Below are positions 57,319 through 64,000 of a stretch of 64,000 bases of DNA, piece by piece. The notes under the pieces are model-generated. The model saw only the letters and a program-made list of their open reading frames with translations. It had not been told where the DNA came from and searched no databases. The stretch's first letter is position 1, and every line of letters starts with the position of its first letter. Both the position numbers and the translations under genes were made by a program. The DNA lies in the IMG/VR virus record IMGVR_UViG_3300032286_000510, positions 1-64,000 of that record; one strand, given 5' to 3'. This stretch comes from a virus.

Positions 57319-60300
57319 ATGGCACAAAACACTAATTTAAATGTCTCTCCATATTTTGATGATTTTGATGAGAATAAAAACTACAAGAAAGTTTTATTCA
57401 AACCTGGATTTCCAATTCAATCTAGAGAATTAAACACTCTACAATCAATTCTTCAAAATCAAACTGAAAAATTTGGTAAATATTTTTTCAAGGAGGGATC
57501 AGTTGTTATTCCAGGAGCAACTTTTTATGATGATAGATATTTTGCCGTTAGAATAGATCCATATTTTTTGAATATACCTGTAAAGGAATATACAAATATA
57601 CTAGCATCCGAAGAGATTGAAATAAAAGGAGAAACTTCTGGTGTAACTGCAACTGTTATTAATAAAATTACAGATACGGAATCTACAGATGGATTCGATA
57701 CTCTTTATGTAAAATACAAATCTGCTGGAATAGATCCAAATATAAAAACTTTTATTGATGGCGAAAATTTAATCACACTTTCAGATATTGATTATTCTTT
57801 AACTAAAATTTCAGCAAATAGTTCATTTGCAAAATGTATAATTTCAAATTCAACTAAAATTGGATCTTGTGCTTCAATTAATGAAGGCGTTTATTTTATA
57901 AGAGGATATTTTGTAAAAGTACAAAAAGAAACAATAATTTTAGATCAATATAGTAATTCTCCCAGTTATAGAATTGGGTTATTAATCAATGAAGAAATTA
58001 TTTCAGCATCAAGTGAAAATCCAGATCTTTTTGACAATGCTCAAGGATTTCCAAACGAATCAGCACCAGGAGCTGATAGATTTAAAATTAGTGTAAGTTT
58101 ACATAAAAAAGAATTAACTGATTTAAATGATCAAAATTTTATAGAATTGATTCGTGTAGATCAAGGAATATTACAAAAATTTGTCAATAAAACAGAATTA
58201 AATATTTTTAAAGAAGAATTAGCAAGGAGAACATTTGAAGAGTCTGGGGATTATTATATTTCCCCATTTGCTATTGATGTAAGAGAATCTTTGAATGATA
58301 GAATTTCAAATAGAGGTGTATATTATGAAAATCAATTAACGCAGAATGGAAATACTCCATCTGATGATATTTTTGTTTTACAAGTTTCTCCAGGAAAAGC
58401 ATACATTAGAGGATACGATATTGATAAATTATCTACATCATCTATAGATTCAGTAAAACCAAGAACTACAAAATCAAAACAGAATGTAAGTCTGCCAATA
58501 AAAATTGGTAACTTGGTGAGAACAAATAATGTTTATGGTTCTCCAAAAATTGGATTTTCTACAACATATACAGTAAGTTTATTGAATCAGCGATTGAATG
58601 GAAATCGCACAATCGGATCTGCAACAACCATTGGTATTGCTAGAGTTTATGACTTCAACCAAAGATCTGTTTCTGGAGTTTCAACTACTCAATACGATTT
58701 AAGACTTTTTGATATTCAAACATATACTTCAGTCACAATAGGATTTGGAATCACTGCATCGGCAGACTCACACATTAAAGGTCAATATAGTGGTGCAACA
58801 GGATTTCTAAAAAATTCAATTTCAAATGGAACATCTCTAACCATATATGACACCAAAGGAAATTTCACAATTAATGAACCAATTATAGTTAATGGGATTA
58901 ACGCAGGTAGAAATTTAACATCAGTAATAGATTATAACTTTACCGATGTCAAATCAGTGTATGGAATAGTTGGAGTATCAACTTTTGCTTCTGATTTTGT
59001 TTTGGATCAAAAAGCAAAAGTTTTTACAGAGACAAGTCAATTTACAATTACTTCAGGAACAACAGGAGTCAGTACAGTAACAAGCCCAAGTGTTTCTGAT
59101 TTTAGATCAATAGTAAAAGTTGGAGATATTGTACAATATTCTAGACCAGGATTCAGTACAATTACATACAATAGAGTATCAAATGTTTCCGCAACCAATC
59201 TAACAGTTGTTGGTTTGTCTACAGTTATTGGAGTTTGTGAAGGTGGTCTTGTTGGGTCCGATTTAACTGTTGTTGATTTTGATGTTGTGATTCCATCATT
59301 GGAGAATGCATCAAATCCTGGATATACAATTGATGTGCAAAATAGATATGTTTCTTCAATTAATTTATTAGATTCTACATATATTGCAAGAAAGCAAATT
59401 TCAAAAAACATTACAGGATCTACATATACTTTCTATCTGAGTGATCTTGGAGATAATAATATCTATTTTGAACCATTTAAAGAAGATAATTATATCTTAA
59501 CTTGGGAGACAGGACAAAAAGAAGTTTTAACTAACGCACAAGTATCTTTTAGTGGAAATTTAAGAGAATTAACTATTTCTGGTCTTTCTAGAACTGGAAA
59601 TGCAACTTTATCTTGTACAGTGAAAAGAACATCACTTTCTTCTAAAGAAAAAACATTAGTTAGATGTAATGAATTAATAGTCAATAGATCAAAATATAGT
59701 GGATCTGGAATTGGTTCAACTACTTTTAATGATGGACTTACATATAGTTCAGTATATGGAACTAGAGTACAAGATAGTGAAATTTCATTAAATTATCCAG
59801 ACATCTATAGAATTTTAGGTGTTTTTGAATCTAATGATAGCAACAATCCAACTTTACCATCATTAACAGTTTCGTCACAATCTGATAGTTTTGCAAATAA
59901 TGTAAAAACTGGAGAACAACTTATTGGAAATTCTTCTGGAGCACTTGCTCGGGTTGTATATGTTGATGGATCAAATCAAATAAGATTTGTATATGAAAAT
60001 GAAAAAACTTTTGAAATTGGAGAAACAATAACATTTAAAACTTCTTCAATTATTGCAACTATTAGTATTTTGATAGTTGGAGATAGAAATATTGTCAGAA
60101 ATTATGAATTTGATGATGGGTATAGATTAGAATATGCAGATTATGGAAGAATTATAAGAGCATCTGGAAATTCAGAACCAACTAAAAAATTAAGTATTAT
60201 TTTTGATTATTATCAGAATAATGAATCATCAGGAACAGTTGAGTCTGTAAATAGTTACAATTCATTAAATTATTCTAAAGAAATACCCTCAGTATTGGGT

Positions 60301-63300
60301 GTGCGAGCATCTGACTACATTGATTTAAGACCAAAAGTTTCACCATACTCTACATCCAGTACATTATCACCATTTTCGTTCTCAAGTAGAAATTTTTCAG
60401 GATCTTCTTCCGAAAGTATTGTTTCCAATGAAACAATTGTAGTTGATTATTCATATTATCTTGGAAGATTGGATAGATTGTATCTAACTAAAGATGGATT
60501 GTTTGAAATAAAAAAAGGAGAACCATCCGAAAATCCAAAACTTCCTGTTCCAAATAATGAAGGATTTGAAGTTGCAACAATTTCAATGAATCCTTATGTA
60601 ATCAATGCTACTAATGATTGTTCAATAAAAACTATACCTCATAAGAGGTATACTATGAATGATATTGGAAATCTTGAAACCAGAATTAAAACATTAGAAG
60701 ATTATACAACTCTTTCTTTACTTGAAACTGATACAAAAAATCTTTCAATTAAAGATCCAAATACTGGACTTGATAAATTTAAATCAGGATTTTTTGTAGA
60801 TACTTTCAGAAATCACGAATCTCACAATTTGACTGGTGATTCTAAATTTGATATTGATGTGGAAAATGGAGAATGCAGACCAAGATCAACAGAAAGGAAT
60901 GTTTCTTTAATTTTTGAAACAAAATCATCTTTGGCAAATCCAACAAATTCAGACTATCGTTGGATTGAAGATTTTGAATCTGACAATATTACAAGAAATG
61001 GTGTAGGATTAACTTTAAAATACACTGAAGTTCCATTTATTGTCCAAAGTCTTGCAAGTAGAACAGAAAATATAAATCCTTTCCACATAGCATTATATGC
61101 TGGAGCAATTGAACTCACTCCAATATCCGATTTCTGGATTGAAGAAGTTATGCTAGAAACTCCAGATGTAATAAAAATTGATTCTACTTTTGGCGCTGTT
61201 GCGGAATTACTTGGAGTAGAAAATAGAGAAAATGGTGGAATGTCGGCAAGTTATTGGAATTCCCACGAAACAACTTGGACTGGAAGAGAATTAATTAGAG
61301 AAGAATTGGTCGCTAGTGATTTAGTTTCATCAAAATCATCTGCTGATGAGCAATACAGAAACCAAATACCAAGAAGAAGAAGTGTAACTACTACTACTAA
61401 TGTGTTTTCTAATGATTATCTACAAACAATCAAACAAACAGGAATAGACAAAACTTTTGGTCTACAATTGACTGCTGGTGAAAAAAATATAAGTCTCGGA
61501 AATAGAGTTGTTGGGGTTGATGTTTTATATAATTGCCGCTCTAGAAACATCGAAGTAGTTGGAAACAAATTAAAACCAAATACAAGATATTATGTTTTCT
61601 TTGAAAATACAGATGTGACAGAATATTGCACCCCAAAACTTTTGCCAATCACAATGACAAGAGGATCATTTAAAACTTCTGATATTGTAAGAACTTCGGC
61701 GGCAACACAATCAGTTGGAAATCCTAAAATTAAATTTAGAGTTGCACAACTCAATCACAAATTTGGTGATTTTAAAACACCAACTGTAACTTATAGTACA
61801 GATCCATATACATTATCTCCTTTGGGATCATCATATTCAAGCACCAGTACGCTTATAAACCTTGATACTGGTGATTTAGCACTTCTAGTTGATCCATCAC
61901 GTTTTGGGTGGGTTAGAAAAGGTTCTGTGATAGCAAATGAATCTGGAACTGCTGAAGCTGTTGTTAATGAATTGAGTTTAAAGAGTGACGAAAAAGGAAC
62001 TCTTATTTTCTCGTTATTTATTCCGGATCCAAAAATTGCAAGTAATCCTAAATTTACAACTGGAAAAAATACAATTAGAATTACAACAAGTCCAACAAAT
62101 GCAAATAATTTAGATCTAGGAGAAAGTTCTGCACAAACAACTTATTTTGCTACTGGTTATGCACAAAATACCCAAGAGCAAACACTTTCAATCAAAACTC
62201 CAGAAATTGAAAGAAAACAAATTGGTTCTGATCAACCAATCACACAAATAACACAAAATCTTGATGAAAATAGAATTGAAACCAGAACAAATGTTTCTGA
62301 TACTGGTTGGTATGATCCTCTTGCTCAATCTTTCTTAATTGAAAGAGACAAATATCAAGATGGAGTATTTGTTACTGGTGGAGAAGTTTACTTTAAAACA
62401 AAAGATGAAGTTTCTCCGGTGACAATCCAAATTAGAACCATGAAAGATGGTTCTCCAACTGGAGTAATCGTCCCCTTTGCAGAAACACAAGTTGACCCAA
62501 AAGACATTCCACTCTCCACAGATGGAAGTGCTGCAACTACATTTAAGTTTTCAACGCCAGTATATTTACAATCTGGATATGAATACGCACTTGTTTTGGT
62601 ATCTCCCACTAGTAAATACTTAACATTCACGTCTAGGGTTGGTGAAGAGGATTATATTCTCGGATCAATAAGCAATAAGCAACCATATATGGGTTCATTG
62701 TTTAAATCGCAAAATGGATCAACTTGGGATCCAAGTCAATTTGAAGATTTGAAGTTTAAACTTTTCAAGGCAAAGTTTGTAACAAATACTCCATCTAGTT
62801 TTATATTTTATAATTCGGACCTTCCAAAAGGTAAGATTTTAAAAGAAAATCCAGCAACTTCATATTCGAAGAGACAATATGTTTCTATTGCAAACACAAC
62901 TATTGCATTTGTCCAAGGAAATAGTTTAACTCAAACAACATCTTATGGTAATATTTTTGATTATGGTGGTCCAGTTGGATTAGGAACAACTTCTCTTTTT
63001 GTATCTTCTACTGGAATTGGATTGACTGATGGTACTTTTGCTGGAATTGGATTTAGTGCAATAACTGGTTATGGAAGTTCTTGCGTTGCAACAGTTACTG
63101 TTTCTAGTGGTTCTGTAACTAATTTAAATGTAACAAGTGGAGGAAACGGATATAAAGTTGGTGATTTGATTTTGGCAAATCAATTAGGAAATACCGGAAC
63201 TGGAGTGAGAGCGACAGTTGGAATTGTCACCAATACAAATTTGTTAATTGTTGATGATGTGAATGGATCATTTAATACATCAAATTCTTTGACATATTAT

Positions 63301-64000
63301 AATTCATCTGGTTCATCGTCTGGAATTGCTGCCCCAACTTCTGTCAATAATGATCCAATTAGAGATGGATATACATTGTTTTTTGATCACAGAAATCACG
63401 GAATGCATTCAAGTTCAAATAAACTAGAAGTAATTAATTTTAATAGTGATATATCTCCAACAATTCTTTCTTCATCTATTTCAGATACATCAACAACAAT
63501 AACTGTAAGTAATGCTGGAATACTAACTTCATTTGAAGGTTCTGCTATAGGTGTTGCCAATACTGGTTATTTGTTGATTGATAATGAAATAATTTCTTAT
63601 AATTCTATTACTGGCAATAACATTACAATTGCGGCAAGAGCAATTGACAATAGTTTGAAGTCATCTCACGCAGCAAACTCATTAGTGTACACTTATCAAT
63701 TTAATTCTGTTTCATTGAGAAAAATCAATAACACACACAATATTGATTCAAGAGAAAAAACATTTAATAGTTATTATTTAAAATTAGCAGATACATCAAA
63801 ATCATTCAAAACCACTAAATCTGGTGGCGGAAAAAATCTTGAAGTTTCCCAAAACATTCCATTTGAAGTTATTTCCCCAAGAGTGAACTCAATTACACCT
63901 TCTGGAACAAATATTACATCAAGAATTAAAACAATTTCAGGAACTAGTATTAGTGGAAATGAATCCTCATTCGTAGATCAGGGATATGAAAATGTTTCTT
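57319..64000 (+). CDS. large virion structural protein (VrlC/DUF4815-like), 3' partial
   Basis: MAQNTNLNVSPYFDDFD...VLFKPGFPIQSRELTTLQSILQNQ; APGADRFKI; DPLAQSF; runs off the window. Confidence 0.88.
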   Translation, partial: MAQNTNLNVSPYFDDFDENKNYKKVLFKPGFPIQSRELNTLQSILQNQTEKFGKYFFKEGSVVIPGATFYDDRYFAVRIDPYFLNIPVKEYTNILASEEIEIKGETSGVTATVINKITDTESTDGFDTLYVKYKSAGIDPNIKTFIDGENLITLSDIDYSLTKISANSSFAKCIISNSTKIGSCASINEGVYFIRGYFVKVQKETIILDQYSNSPSYRIGLLINEEIISASSENPDLFDNAQGFPNESAPGADRFKISVSLHKKELTDLNDQNFIELIRVDQGILQKFVNKTELNIFKEELARRTFEESGDYYISPFAIDVRESLNDRISNRGVYYENQLTQNGNTPSDDIFVLQVSPGKAYIRGYDIDKLSTSSIDSVKPRTTKSKQNVSLPIKIGNLVRTNNVYGSPKIGFSTTYTVSLLNQRLNGNRTIGSATTIGIARVYDFNQRSVSGVSTTQYDLRLFDIQTYTSVTIGFGITASADSHIKGQYSGATGFLKNSISNGTSLTIYDTKGNFTINEPIIVNGINAGRNLTSVIDYNFTDVKSVYGIVGVSTFASDFVLDQKAKVFTETSQFTITSGTTGVSTVTSPSVSDFRSIVKVGDIVQYSRPGFSTITYNRVSNVSATNLTVVGLSTVIGVCEGGLVGSDLTVVDFDVVIPSLENASNPGYTIDVQNRYVSSINLLDSTYIARKQISKNITGSTYTFYLSDLGDNNIYFEPFKEDNYILTWETGQKEVLTNAQVSFSGNLRELTISGLSRTGNATLSCTVKRTSLSSKEKTLVRCNELIVNRSKYSGSGIGSTTFNDGLTYSSVYGTRVQDSEISLNYPDIYRILGVFESNDSNNPTLPSLTVSSQSDSFANNVKTGEQLIGNSSGALARVVYVDGSNQIRFVYENEKTFEIGETITFKTSSIIATISILIVGDRNIVRNYEFDDGYRLEYADYGRIIRASGNSEPTKKLSIIFDYYQNNESSGTVESVNSYNSLNYSKEIPSVLGVRASDYIDLRPKVSPYSTSSTLSPFSFSSRNFSGSSSESIVSNETIVVDYSYYLGRLDRLYLTKDGLFEIKKGEPSENPKLPVPNNEGFEVATISMNPYVINATNDCSIKTIPHKRYTMNDIGNLETRIKTLEDYTTLSLLETDTKNLSIKDPNTGLDKFKSGFFVDTFRNHESHNLTGDSKFDIDVENGECRPRSTERNVSLIFETKSSLANPTNSDYRWIEDFESDNITRNGVGLTLKYTEVPFIVQSLASRTENINPFHIALYAGAIELTPISDFWIEEVMLETPDVIKIDSTFGAVAELLGVENRENGGMSASYWNSHETTWTGRELIREELVASDLVSSKSSADEQYRNQIPRRRSVTTTTNVFSNDYLQTIKQTGIDKTFGLQLTAGEKNISLGNRVVGVDVLYNCRSRNIEVVGNKLKPNTRYYVFFENTDVTEYCTPKLLPITMTRGSFKTSDIVRTSAATQSVGNPKIKFRVAQLNHKFGDFKTPTVTYSTDPYTLSPLGSSYSSTSTLINLDTGDLALLVDPSRFGWVRKGSVIANESGTAEAVVNELSLKSDEKGTLIFSLFIPDPKIASNPKFTTGKNTIRITTSPTNANNLDLGESSAQTTYFATGYAQNTQEQTLSIKTPEIERKQIGSDQPITQITQNLDENRIETRTNVSDTGWYDPLAQSFLIERDKYQDGVFVTGGEVYFKTKDEVSPVTIQIRTMKDGSPTGVIVPFAETQVDPKDIPLSTDGSAATTFKFSTPVYLQSGYEYALVLVSPTSKYLTFTSRVGEEDYILGSISNKQPYMGSLFKSQNGSTWDPSQFEDLKFKLFKAKFVTNTPSSFIFYNSDLPKGKILKENPATSYSKRQYVSIANTTIAFVQGNSLTQTTSYGNIFDYGGPVGLGTTSLFVSSTGIGLTDGTFAGIGFSAITGYGSSCVATVTVSSGSVTNLNVTSGGNGYKVGDLILANQLGNTGTGVRATVGIVTNTNLLIVDDVNGSFNTSNSLTYYNSSGSSSGIAAPTSVNNDPIRDGYTLFFDHRNHGMHSSSNKLEVINFNSDISPTILSSSISDTSTTITVSNAGILTSFEGSAIGVANTGYLLIDNEIISYNSITGNNITIAARAIDNSLKSSHAANSLVYTYQFNSVSLRKINNTHNIDSREKTFNSYYLKLADTSKSFKTTKSGGGKNLEVSQNIPFEVISPRVNSITPSGTNITSRIKTISGTSISGNESSFVDQGYENVS

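Noticed and set aside
46074-62630. Minus-strand ORFs within the structural genes
   Set aside because: Shadows of long plus-strand baseplate and virion genes

Overview
This is a 64 kb, AT-rich segment of a large T4-like cyanomyovirus; the host is probably a freshwater Synechococcus/Cyanobium type. From left to right: (1) ~0.9-5.7 kb, late-promoter (TATAAATA) genes, several carrying a T4 internal-protein capsid-targeting peptide (MKT[FY]xxFxxE). (2) ~4.5-10.5 kb, a tRNA array with two HNH genes, a circularly permuted cyanobacterial-type tmRNA and several unexplained structured RNAs; with two outlying genes the window has 27 tRNAs covering all 20 amino acids. (3) ~10.6-40 kb, a hypervariable early region built from repeated palindrome+sigma70 promoter cassettes. 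It holds two nuclease-methyltransferase pairs, GIY-YIG/HNH homing endonucleases, a Ro60/TROVE-like vWA protein, a metallophosphoesterase, a bilin reductase, an SF2 helicase, an ArdA-like protein and many small ORFans. (4) ~40-41.2 kb, a non-coding region with eight DnaA-box-like 9-mers and tandem repeats. (5) 41.5-64 kb, conserved structural genes (gp25, gp6, gp7, gp8, VrlC-like). The best candidate for a new system is the TROVE/vWA gene surrounded by promoter-driven small hairpin RNAs that share a (T/A)CAGCAA motif, several presenting tRNA-anticodon-like loops, plus a tRNA-like RNA with the same motif inserted in its anticodon stem. The second candidate is a conserved promoter/antisense-sRNA/terminator/promoter module in front of four homing endonuclease genes. 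All family assignments were made by eye from motifs; no database searches were run.
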